A DNA stretch of 26,142 nt, taken from NCBI GenBank assembly GCA_014728035.1, contig WJMJ01000060.1, forward strand, positions 1 through 26,142. Direction: 5' to 3'. Below, in pieces: positions 14,714-22,267 of the stretch (position 1 is its first letter; each line of letters starts with the position of its first letter). Source of the stretch: Promethearchaeota archaeon. Lineage in GTDB: Archaea; Asgardarchaeota; Thorarchaeia; Thorarchaeales; Thorarchaeaceae. The translations under genes were made by a program, and so were the position numbers. The notes below the pieces were generated by a model that was not told where the DNA came from, made no database searches, and saw only the letters and a list, made by a program, of their open reading frames with translations.

Positions 14714-15487
14714 TTATATACTTTCCTGTAAATAATGAGCAACCAAGTAAGCAGTGGGTGTGTATTTCTTGACAGGAATTCCGCTATGTCTGTATTCCTT
14801 AGTTGGCCATTGCTTCCAAATCCAAGAACTAGGTTCTCTTATGCCTATTGGTTGTATTTCGTCATGTTCTATTTCCTCACCGTCTGAGTACTTAGTATCG
14901 GGGGGGTATTCCACTTCTTGTTTTATTCCCCCTATATAGGCATAAAACGGGTTGGACTCACAAAGCCATTCTAGAGACCCACCTGGTTTCTTGCCATTCA
15001 CCAAGCACCCCAACATTATTGAATTAAGATGTTGACGCATATATTTCTTACCAAACCACGGAATACGTAACAAATAACCATAAATATTACTATATCTTGC
15101 AAAGAATTCGGCCTTATCTTTTATATTAAAAGGGTTTGGTACATCCGCACCATTTTGTTTTGCAAACAACAATCCCGCTGGGCCAGCAAAACTCTGCGGC
15201 TTCTCTCTATAATATAATCCGCCAATTTTGGATTTCTTCCAATCAGGCTTGACCTGTATTGGTGCAAAATTTCTTGCGTCGGCACCAACACTGAGCAATG
15301 TCCTTAGATAAATTTCTGTTCTCTTTATTAATTCATTATCGCCAGCAATGTGGCACGCACCACACAACAGCCCAACCCAGGCCATGCCATCTATGAAATC
15401 ATTATATCTGAATGGCAATTCGTTGCTATAACAATAATAGTCATTAAAGGCAGAAATAATGTCGTTTCTTGCGGTCTGTGCATCCAT
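14714..15487 (-). CDS. hypothetical protein
   Basis: 257 aa, SD AGGAGG. Confidence 0.8.
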   Translation of the reverse strand: MDAQTARNDIISAFNDYYCYSNELPFRYNDFIDGMAWVGLLCGACHIAGDNELIKRTEIYLRTLLSVGADARNFAPIQVKPDWKKSKIGGLYYREKPQSFAGPAGLLFAKQNGADVPNPFNIKDKAEFFARYSNIYGYLLRIPWFGKKYMRQHLNSIMLGCLVNGKKPGGSLEWLCESNPFYAYIGGIKQEVEYPPDTKYSDGEEIEHDEIQPIGIREPSSWIWKQWPTKEYRHSGIPVKKYTPTAYLVAHYLQESI

Positions 15488-15529
15488 ATTGATTCCTCCT
15501 ACCTTATATTTGGTAGAGGAATATAATTA

Positions 15530-15603
15530 TGGTGGGTCCACCGTGATTCGAACACGGATCTACGCATTAAAAGTGCGTTCGTCTACCATTGACTTATGGA
15601 CCC
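15530..15603 (-). tRNA. tRNA-Lys(UUU)
   Basis: Cloverleaf, loop CT-TTT-AA, CCA. Confidence 0.9.
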
Positions 15604-15886
15604 AATCAATAATCAAAAATATTTTATGGAAATAAAAGATGTTGTCAATAATATGACGAAAGAAGAACAAGATCAATTTGCAGACCTAATTTATGAATGC
15701 AAAATCAGAGAACTAAATAACAAAATAGCCATTGAGAGAGCATACCATGCTCTAAAAAACACACCAGATCTCCCAAGTCATATTATTAATTTATTAGAAC
15801 AATCGAAAGAAACACTGAGAAGTGTTGAGGATTTAAAGCTTGTCTTATGTGATTACTCATTTAACAAGTGGTGCAAAGACAACTAG
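15596..15886 (+). CDS. hypothetical helical protein (start may be 15626)
   Basis: ORF track. Confidence 0.55.
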   Translation: MDPINNQKYFMEIKDVVNNMTKEEQDQFADLIYECKIRELNNKIAIERAYHALKNTPDLPSHIINLLEQSKETLRSVEDLKLVLCDYSFNKWCKDN

Positions 15887-15887
15887 A

Positions 15888-16067
15888 CTATCTCCCTCTT
15901 TTACCCAGACCTCCCCTGCCGATAGTCCCACGATAAAACATCGAATTTGGACCAGATCTTGTAATTTTAATTTGTCTCGGTGCTGGATGTGGACCAATCC
16001 TGTTCTTTCTATGTGTCTGCCCAGCAGGGCCTGTGCCATATCCTATGAATCCAGGAGCTAAACCCAT
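15888..16067 (-). CDS. 59-aa Gly/Arg/Pro-rich basic peptide
   Basis: GAGGA SD; MGLAPGFIGYGTGPAGQTHRKNRIGPHPAPRQIKITRSGPNSMFYRGTIGRGGLGKRGR*; below the track cutoff. Confidence 0.55.
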   Translation of the reverse strand: MGLAPGFIGYGTGPAGQTHRKNRIGPHPAPRQIKITRSGPNSMFYRGTIGRGGLGKRGR

Positions 16068-16190
16068 AATGTTTCCTCTGGTTATCCAATAACTATTTCA
16101 TCCTATGTAGCAAGACCTCCTATCGGACATCCTGTCACGATCCCGCACTCCAGTTGTTTTTTATGTGATAAAAAATTAAAGATTGGCATA

Positions 16191-16350
16191 TCAATAATAC
16201 ACAAAGTTGATTATGGGTTGATATTGGAAGAGATTGATAAATGCCAATTTTGGATCTTCAATTCCACAATCACACTTACCACCAAACATATTTATTGATT
16301 TAATCTTTTTTTGCCCACGACAAAACATGGGCGTTGTCAGCCTTATTCAT
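16191..16350 (-). pseudogene. frameshifted remnant of an HNH-type endonuclease
   Basis: SD GGAGG; removing one A from an A7 run gives MNKADNAHVLSWAKKIKSINMFGGKCDCGIEDP... Confidence 0.5.
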
Positions 16351-16393
16351 ATTCAAATCCTCCAAATTATTTTTGGCAGAAAGATTCGAATAT

Positions 16394-16468
16394 TGGTTGG
16401 CCCACCAGGGTACGATCCCGGACCGCTCGCTCCAAAGGCGAGTGCGCTGCCAATTACGCTATGGGCCA
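16394..16468 (-). tRNA. tRNA-Gln(UUG)
   Basis: U1-A72, loop CT-TTG-GA, T-loop ATCGTAC, CCA. Confidence 0.88.
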
Positions 16469-16667
16469 ATCTGATGTATCAACGGATGGACTCCAGTAAG
16501 AACCATAATCAGCACCTCCGGAATAGGCATAGAATAGTTGATTTTGCGTGATTCTTTTTGTTCTTTCAGGTTGACCATCTCATCGCCAACAATATTTCAA
16601 TATCACCCTCTCCAAACCCATGCACATCAAACTCCCCCCAACACAATCTCCGTCTTTGTTTTGAAAA

Positions 16668-16743
16668 TGGAGACGACCGCCAGGACTTGAACCCGGAACG
16701 AGGCCGCCAAAAGGCCTAGTGTTACCAATTACACCACGGAATA
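16668..16743 (-). pseudogene. degenerate tRNA-Gln(UUG) with unpaired acceptor stem
   Basis: D, anticodon (TT-TTG-GC) and T arms are intact; only about 3 acceptor pairs (CCG/CGG). Confidence 0.7.
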
Positions 16744-16745
16744 TG

Positions 16746-17126
16746 TTATCCTATTTTCGTATGTTGACCAGACCCAGTTTGGTAACTATCCATTACTGTC
16801 TTGACGGTATTGACTAAATCTATTATGTTGAATGGTTTTCTTATTATATGATGACCGCCCCTATAATTTACCTCATTCTTGCCAGTAACAAAAATAATTG
16901 GCATTCCGGGCTTCTCATTCACTATTTGTTCAACCATTTCACTGCCAGTCATTTTTGGCATCATCTCATCGGTAATGACTAATTTTATTCTATCTTTATT
17001 CTCATTGAATATTTTCAAACCCTCTTGACCATCTTTTGCAGTTAAAGTACTGTGTTTCTTTGACAACATCTTGTTCATCAAATCAAGAATCTTTTCGTCA
17101 TCGACGATGAGAATCGTATCTTTCAT
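16746..17126 (-). CDS. single-domain response regulator (CheY-like receiver)
   Basis: ILIVDDE, LVITD.MMP.MTG, PIIFVTG, RKPF: all receiver signature residues present. Confidence 0.92.
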   Translation of the reverse strand: MKDTILIVDDEKILDLMNKMLSKKHSTLTAKDGQEGLKIFNENKDRIKLVITDEMMPKMTGSEMVEQIVNEKPGMPIIFVTGKNEVNYRGGHHIIRKPFNIIDLVNTVKTVMDSYQTGSGQHTKIG

Positions 17127-17296
17127 TTATATTCTCGCATTCGCCCAAGTTCCTCCAGATCTATCTCCAAGGCATCTGCTATCTTGGATGCCTTTGCTCT
17201 GATAGGTTCTGGAATTTTCTTATCAAAGGATACCTTTAACAAAGCTTCTTTTCCTTTAGAAATAAACCCAGCTGCTTCTTTCAGTTGTCTACGCAC
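17123..17296 (-). CDS. 57-aa hypothetical protein
   Basis: GTG start after AGGA; MRRQLKEAAGFISKGKEALL...; ATGA coupling to the receiver gene. Confidence 0.5.
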   Translation of the reverse strand: MRRQLKEAAGFISKGKEALLKVSFDKKIPEPIRAKASKIADALEIDLEELGRMREYK

Positions 17297-17347
17297 TACT
17301 TTCCTTTCATAAAACCAGAAACATACATTATATTTGACAATAGAATA

Positions 17348-17435
17348 TGGCGGTAGGCGAGAGATTCGAACTCCCGGTACCTTTCGGTACTCTTGTTTTC
17401 AAGACAAGCGCCTTCGTCCACTCGGCCAGCCTACC
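17348..17435 (-). tRNA. tRNA-Ser(UGA)
   Basis: Long variable arm, G73, CCA. Confidence 0.92.
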
Positions 17436-17454
17436 GTTAATTATGGGTTCGCAT

Positions 17455-17766
17455 CTATCTGTCACATAATACCTCATAATTTTCATTTAGATAGACCACT
17501 TCAGTACCATTCACATTAAATTCGTCCATCGCTGATTTAGCAGCATATTTTTCTGGTCCAGACAATTCTCCCCAACCATAGCGGCCACCATCGAAAATAA
17601 TTCCTGTACAATTAACTCCCAGACCTCCCCTGTTTTTTATGAAATATAGAAGATATGCTGGGATCGCTTCTGGATTAGCGAGATCTACTATTTGATCATC
17701 AATCATCCCAATCATGTTTACCCTAATAATATAATTAGCTTTATATGACAAACGAATAGAGGCCAT
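17455..17766 (-). CDS. hypothetical protein (start MASIRL)
   Basis: Track ORF trimmed to exclude tRNA-Ser. Confidence 0.55.
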   Translation of the reverse strand: MASIRLSYKANYIIRVNMIGMIDDQIVDLANPEAIPAYLLYFIKNRGGLGVNCTGIIFDGGRYGWGELSGPEKYAAKSAMDEFNVNGTEVVYLNENYEVLCDR

Positions 17767-17772
17767 TTTGTT

Positions 17773-17864
17773 TGGAGGAAGCGGCGAGATTCGAACTCGC
17801 GGGACACCATTTGGTGACCTCTGGCTTAGCAAGCCAGCGCAATCAACCACTCTGCCACGCTTCC
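17773..17864 (-). tRNA. tRNA-Ser(GCU)
   Basis: Long variable arm, loop TT-GCT-AA, CCA. Confidence 0.92.
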
Positions 17865-17865
17865 G

Positions 17866-18177
17866 TTATCCTATCCTGGTTCCGTCTGATAATATCAATG
17901 GTGTTAATTGATTTATGGATTCATTAATTTCTTTGGTCAATCTCCCATCAAGACAGTCTGGATTTGCATAGTTGATTGTCTTGCGAAAGAAAGGAGGCCC
18001 ATATGATCTTTTATCGAAGATGTTATAAAGTTCTATTTTCACCATGTCGTTATGAACTCTTATTAAAGCTCTAACACATAGTTCATCATTCTTAAATTCC
18101 ACAGTATTACCATATTCACCCGTAGCGTAATGTGCTATGACATCGAGAACAAATTCATCCCAATCCACATCACTCAT
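17866..18177 (-). CDS. hypothetical protein
   Basis: SD GGAG; INYANPDC motif. Confidence 0.65.
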   Translation of the reverse strand: MSDVDWDEFVLDVIAHYATGEYGNTVEFKNDELCVRALIRVHNDMVKIELYNIFDKRSYGPPFFRKTINYANPDCLDGRLTKEINESINQLTPLILSDGTRIG

Positions 18178-18318
18178 AATATCTCCAATAATTTAAGCAA
18201 CAATGAATTCTTAATTTACCTTCCGACATGTCTCTGCTGTCCATAAGCAAATAATCTATTCTTGGATCAATAGCATCCATGTCGACTCCAATAATTATAT
18301 TCCATAATCAAACATAAC

Positions 18319-18639
18319 ATGGAGGGGCAAAACATGGCTATGGATAACTGTTTCAAGATCGACAACAATAAGATGTATATTCAATATGAGCCAATCAATG
18401 ACCTTGACGAATTTGCCAGTACTTGCATGAAAATGCTCGCTGCGGCCAATGAAAAAGAAGTATATATAATCATGGACGAGTCAGTAAATAGCATAGCAAG
18501 CTCATACGTAGGAGTATTGATGAGTTGTGCAATGTTGTCCAATCAGATGGGTAGAAAATTGCACATCAAATGCAACAGTACGCTGAAAAGACTCATAGAC
18601 ATACTAGACGGCCATAAATTAATGAAATTTATAGATTAA
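18319..18639 (+). CDS. STAS/anti-anti-sigma-like protein
   Basis: ~100 aa; VYIIMDESVNSIASSYVGVLM....GRKLHI....LKRLIDI fits the SpoIIAA/RsbV pattern around the phosphorylatable Ser. Confidence 0.6.
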   Translation: MEGQNMAMDNCFKIDNNKMYIQYEPINDLDEFASTCMKMLAAANEKEVYIIMDESVNSIASSYVGVLMSCAMLSNQMGRKLHIKCNSTLKRLIDILDGHKLMKFID

Positions 18640-18651
18640 ATTGTCAAAGAG

Positions 18652-18942
18652 CTAAGAATGCCAATAATCGACAATGGCATCTTCTGGAATTTTCAATACT
18701 TCCAAAACAAATTTATGTAAATCAAAATTATCCATAATCGTATCACAATAAACTATATTGTCGCGTAAAACGACGTCCCATCTTTCTCCGTTGTCGCATG
18801 GACATCCAGTGTCCCATTTTATTGCATTAGCATGGGTAATATGATTTTGAAGATTGTTATATTGTTCAATCGTCAACGCTCTCCTGTCAATAGAGAACGA
18901 GCAACTAGAACTATTACTAACAAATCCCGATCTGATCTTCAT
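18652..18942 (-). CDS. protein with N-terminal MKIRSGFVSNSSSCSF motif
   Basis: Start at 18942 by ATGA coupling. Confidence 0.7.
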   Translation of the reverse strand: MKIRSGFVSNSSSCSFSIDRRALTIEQYNNLQNHITHANAIKWDTGCPCDNGERWDVVLRDNIVYCDTIMDNFDLHKFVLEVLKIPEDAIVDYWHS

Positions 18943-19178
18943 TCCATGGATCCCATAAACCAACCATAAACAGTCTCAAAATCTCCTTCGTCACAAGATC
19001 CATACGATTTCTGTATCATATAGTGATCGTTCATGTCTTCTATCTTAAACATGCGATCGCCCTTATTTAACCCTCTATCATGTTCAATAGAAAAGCCAGA
19101 ATTCAACAGAAGCTCAACAGCATTCTTTATCTTTGCAGCTTCCTCCCTTTCATTCATATTTCTATCCATTTTGTCCAT
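18939..19178 (-). CDS. hypothetical protein
   Basis: ORF track; start may be 19157. Confidence 0.55.
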   Translation of the reverse strand: MDKMDRNMNEREEAAKIKNAVELLLNSGFSIEHDRGLNKGDRMFKIEDMNDHYMIQKSYGSCDEGDFETVYGWFMGSME

Positions 19179-19675
19179 GTTTCATGTGTCTTGACATCAA
19201 TTCCAGTTAATACCATTATATTCCTGCTAGGAACATGTGGTTTTACTTTCAAGTGAATACCATATTTCTTTCCAACTTCAACAAGAGTGAGGCTATCCTT
19301 TTTGTTATTGCATGGCCTACAAGAAGCAACAACATTGGTCCATTCATGTTTTCCTCCTCTGCTCTGGGGAGTAACATGATCTACAGTACCAGTAGAATTA
19401 GATAATCTTTTTCCGCAATATGCACAAGCATAATTATCCCTGGCCAGGACATTACTTTTGTTGACAGCGACATTTCTGTATGGCACATGTATGTACTGAA
19501 CCAAAACGATGGCCGTAGGTAGATAAAAAACACCCGATGAAGTCTTTATCTCATATTCTTCATCATGACCATAGGGCTTCCTGGCCTTTCCGGCCATCAA
19601 TAATTTAACTGCCCTCTGCCAAGCAATGACCTTCAATACCTCTTCGCTGGCATTTAACAACAAAACCTTCACCAC
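19154..19675 (-). CDS. HNH endonuclease (McrA-like)
   Basis: VLLLNAS, RDNYACAYCG, TVDHVTPQSRGG...WTNVVASCRPCNNKK. Confidence 0.92.
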   Translation of the reverse strand: MVKVLLLNASEEVLKVIAWQRAVKLLMAGKARKPYGHDEEYEIKTSSGVFYLPTAIVLVQYIHVPYRNVAVNKSNVLARDNYACAYCGKRLSNSTGTVDHVTPQSRGGKHEWTNVVASCRPCNNKKDSLTLVEVGKKYGIHLKVKPHVPSRNIMVLTGIDVKTHETWTKWIEI

Positions 19676-19944
19676 ACTTCCTCCATAATATTCACCGGAC
19701 CATTCCCTCTGTTTAATTCATATGTAACCAAATCAATTATTTCTTTTTCAATATCTACATTAAACATACCAATTATGTCTTGTCTGGCTTCTTCAACATC
19801 ACAATAAGTTCTCCAATTTTCATCTGAACCATACGTGACATATATTTTCAAACAACTCTTACAGAAACAACCTATCCAACCATCTGGTTTTATTTCGGCA
19901 AAAAGCGTAGCTTCTTCGTTTTCGCAAACAGGGCAAATCATCAT
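19669..19944 (-). CDS. zinc-ribbon hypothetical protein
   Basis: CPVC..CKSC. Confidence 0.6.
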   Translation of the reverse strand: MMICPVCENEEATLFAEIKPDGWIGCFCKSCLKIYVTYGSDENWRTYCDVEEARQDIIGMFNVDIEKEIIDLVTYELNRGNGPVNIMEEVW

Positions 19945-20102
19945 TTATACTCGATAGTCGAATAAAGACCCGATCTAGAAATCGACTCATTCGGATCGAT
20001 ATCTAACTCTGTTCCCGTAATCTCTGCTCTCCACAAACCAATCCAAGTAATAGTCTTCAAATAAAACTTCCAGTCAGAAGTTCTTAAATAACATATTCCA
20101 TA

Positions 20103-20178
20103 TGGTCGGGCACCCCGGTAACGCTCCGGGCAACTCCAGTTCCCAAAACTGGCGGGTTCTCTTGCTCCCTCGTGCCCG
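20103..20178 (-). tRNA. tRNA-Pro(UGG)
   Basis: C1-G72, loop TT-TGG-GA, atypical T-loop AGCGTTA, CCA. Confidence 0.82.
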
Positions 20179-20218
20179 AGGATTTCTCTCCGAATATTGA
20201 ATTCTCCAAAAACAGCAG

Positions 20219-20296
20219 TGGCTGGCGGGGTGGGGAACGATCCCACAACCTCCGGTTTAACAGACCGGCGCTTCTACCAAATTGAGCTACCCGCCA
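20219..20296 (-). tRNA. tRNA-Asn(GUU)
   Basis: Loop CT-GTT-AA, G73, CCA. Confidence 0.9.
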
Positions 20297-20314
20297 ATAT
20301 TGTCCAGGATCTTA

Positions 20315-20770
20315 TTATCCATTTCTGTCAACACCAATTCTGTACTGGACTTCATGAAACAAATCTTTGTTTTTCAAGATCTCCAATATTTTTCTTTGAT
20401 CCCCACCAAACCATTCGTCATTAACTCGACCATAATCAAGATCACCCATATCATTGCGCCAAAAAGCTTGGTCTCCCTCATTGTTTCCAATATTTACCAC
20501 AAAATAATCATCGTCTCCATCTGGATCAAATTTTATAGAAACTTCCGGTTCTGAATTGACATTGGCAATAACTGTCAACCAATCTCCTCTAACTCCATAA
20601 TCATGATAATTTTTATTAAGTAATGCTGTTGTTGATAATATATCACAATAACAATCATAACTACTTTTTGGCAGTAACTTCTTCAAAGCAGACCTGTCTT
20701 TTATCTTTCCAACTCCAATAATGAAGCTAGAAGAAGAACTATTGCTTACAAATCCTTGTCTGACTTTCAT
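20315..20770 (-). CDS. protein with N-terminal MKVRQGFVSNSSSSSF motif
   Basis: ORF track. Confidence 0.75.
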   Translation of the reverse strand: MKVRQGFVSNSSSSSFIIGVGKIKDRSALKKLLPKSSYDCYCDILSTTALLNKNYHDYGVRGDWLTVIANVNSEPEVSIKFDPDGDDDYFVVNIGNNEGDQAFWRNDMGDLDYGRVNDEWFGGDQRKILEILKNKDLFHEVQYRIGVDRNG

Positions 20771-21237
20771 TTTATCATCTCTCCATTATGCTTCCAGACC
20801 TTTATGTATTCCACAATTTCTTCATCAATTTCTCTAGATATCATTTCAGACATGACATTTCTGGGAGGAATTGGGTCTTCAGGCACAAGACCGGTAATCT
20901 CCGATAATCTCCCCCTCATTGTCTCTTTGTCTGCATCATGTAGTGTTGCCTTAATGCTCTTTGTCTGATCCTCGTAAAATTCGTCCTCCTCGGGAAAGTA
21001 TCTAAATATCTTTTCATTGCTTAACACATGGTCTTTAAAAACAATCATCACTTCAGCATCGGGTTCTGACAAATCTACTATCTCACCATCCACACATCCA
21101 TGAATGCCCAAGATACTAATATCAGATAATTCATAAATATCTAGATTCTTGTTGGGGCCATTAAAACCCCAAACAGTCTTGACATATCTGCCTTCTTCCA
21201 TTTCTTCCGCTCCATATATAAATGACCGATTGATCAC
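20767..21237 (-). CDS. hypothetical protein sharing a ~90-aa domain with 21641..22255
   Basis: ORF track and by-eye alignment. Confidence 0.7.
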   Translation of the reverse strand: MINRSFIYGAEEMEEGRYVKTVWGFNGPNKNLDIYELSDISILGIHGCVDGEIVDLSEPDAEVMIVFKDHVLSNEKIFRYFPEEDEFYEDQTKSIKATLHDADKETMRGRLSEITGLVPEDPIPPRNVMSEMISREIDEEIVEYIKVWKHNGEMIK

Positions 21238-21349
21238 AACTTCCAGCTCTCGCCTCGGTCAGGCTACCGTCTGTCAACTGGTGATCTCAGCGCGATTCTC
21301 GCCGGCAATGCATCGAATCGCTATCCGTCTATTCTTGCCGTCGGAAAAA

Positions 21350-21426
21350 TGGTCCGCCAGGCTGGGCTTGAACCAGCGACCTCAAGTTTATAAGACTTGC
21401 GCTCTCACCAACTGAGCTACTGGCGG
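21350..21426 (-). tRNA. tRNA-Ile(UAU)
   Basis: Cloverleaf, loop CT-TAT-AA, A73, CCA. Confidence 0.9.
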
Positions 21427-21644
21427 TTCTGTTTCTCCTTTATTTTGGCCAATTCTTTCTTCAATTCAGCAATATCTTTTCTAATCAATTCCAGTTTTTC
21501 ATCTACTCTCGGTTCATAGCCATATTTCCATTCGGTAAATGTTTTTGTAACGAACGAATAATAAGTTACCCCAACCATCACAACAACAGCCATTAGAAAA
21601 CATAAAACCGTCACAATAATGCGATCATTCTTTTCCTTCTTCAT
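21417..21644 (-). CDS. membrane-anchored coiled-coil protein
   Basis: One transmembrane helix followed by a heptad-like C-terminus. Confidence 0.65.
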   Translation of the reverse strand: MKKEKNDRIIVTVLCFLMAVVVMVGVTYYSFVTKTFTEWKYGYEPRVDEKLELIRKDIAELKKELAKIKEKQNRQ

Positions 21645-22255
21645 TGATTAAACCTATTTCTTCTGCAATTGCCGCACAATGTTTTAATCCAACTTCCGGC
21701 AGGGGTTTCATTAGTTACGTCATCCCTTGTGCCACAAATCTCACAAACTTTTGACGATTCTTCCTCAGCACGAGAAATAATGTCGTCGATCTTTTCTTCC
21801 TCAATCGGATCGACATCAACCAATCCCGTAAGACTAGCCAATCTTCCTTTAATGAAATCTCTGTCTTTGGGCTCAATCTCTTCCAATTTTTCGTTCAAAA
21901 AAATGTCAGTATTAGGAACATAGAACAATACCTGACCATCTGCGGCTGGAATTGAATTATCTACGAAAGTTATCATTGGCTCCGAATCAGGACATTCCTT
22001 GCCAACAATGGAACCGTCTTTAAGACCACACATCCAATCTCCGCCCTCATATATTTCTATTCTGAAAAGGTGATGGTGACCCAGATATATTCTAAGAACT
22101 CCAAATTTCTCCTTAACTTGAATTACCTTGGCTCCTCTGTCTTTAATCTTTTCAAATACGTCTTCGATAATGCCTTTCCAACCTTCGCCACAGCAAAAGG
22201 AAATAAGATTTTCACTGAACAATTCTGGAAACTTTTCATGAAAATATCCAAACAT
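21641..22255 (-). CDS. phage zinc-finger protein (GW..QVKEKFG.LR.Y / CEICG..W.KTLC..C) with an internal insertion
   Basis: Motifs read from the translation. Confidence 0.75.
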   Translation of the reverse strand: MFGYFHEKFPELFSENLISFCCGEGWKGIIEDVFEKIKDRGAKVIQVKEKFGVLRIYLGHHHLFRIEIYEGGDWMCGLKDGSIVGKECPDSEPMITFVDNSIPAADGQVLFYVPNTDIFLNEKLEEIEPKDRDFIKGRLASLTGLVDVDPIEEEKIDDIISRAEEESSKVCEICGTRDDVTNETPAGSWIKTLCGNCRRNRFNQ

Positions 22256-22267
22256 TTATTTTGTTCC

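Noticed and set aside
15857-16039. 60-aa track ORF
   Set aside because: An alternative frame (15888..16067) has the better SD and does not overlap the convergent gene.
19941-20246. 101-aa minus-strand ORF
   Set aside because: Its 5' half lies in tRNA-Asn and tRNA-Pro, and the remainder lacks a clear start.
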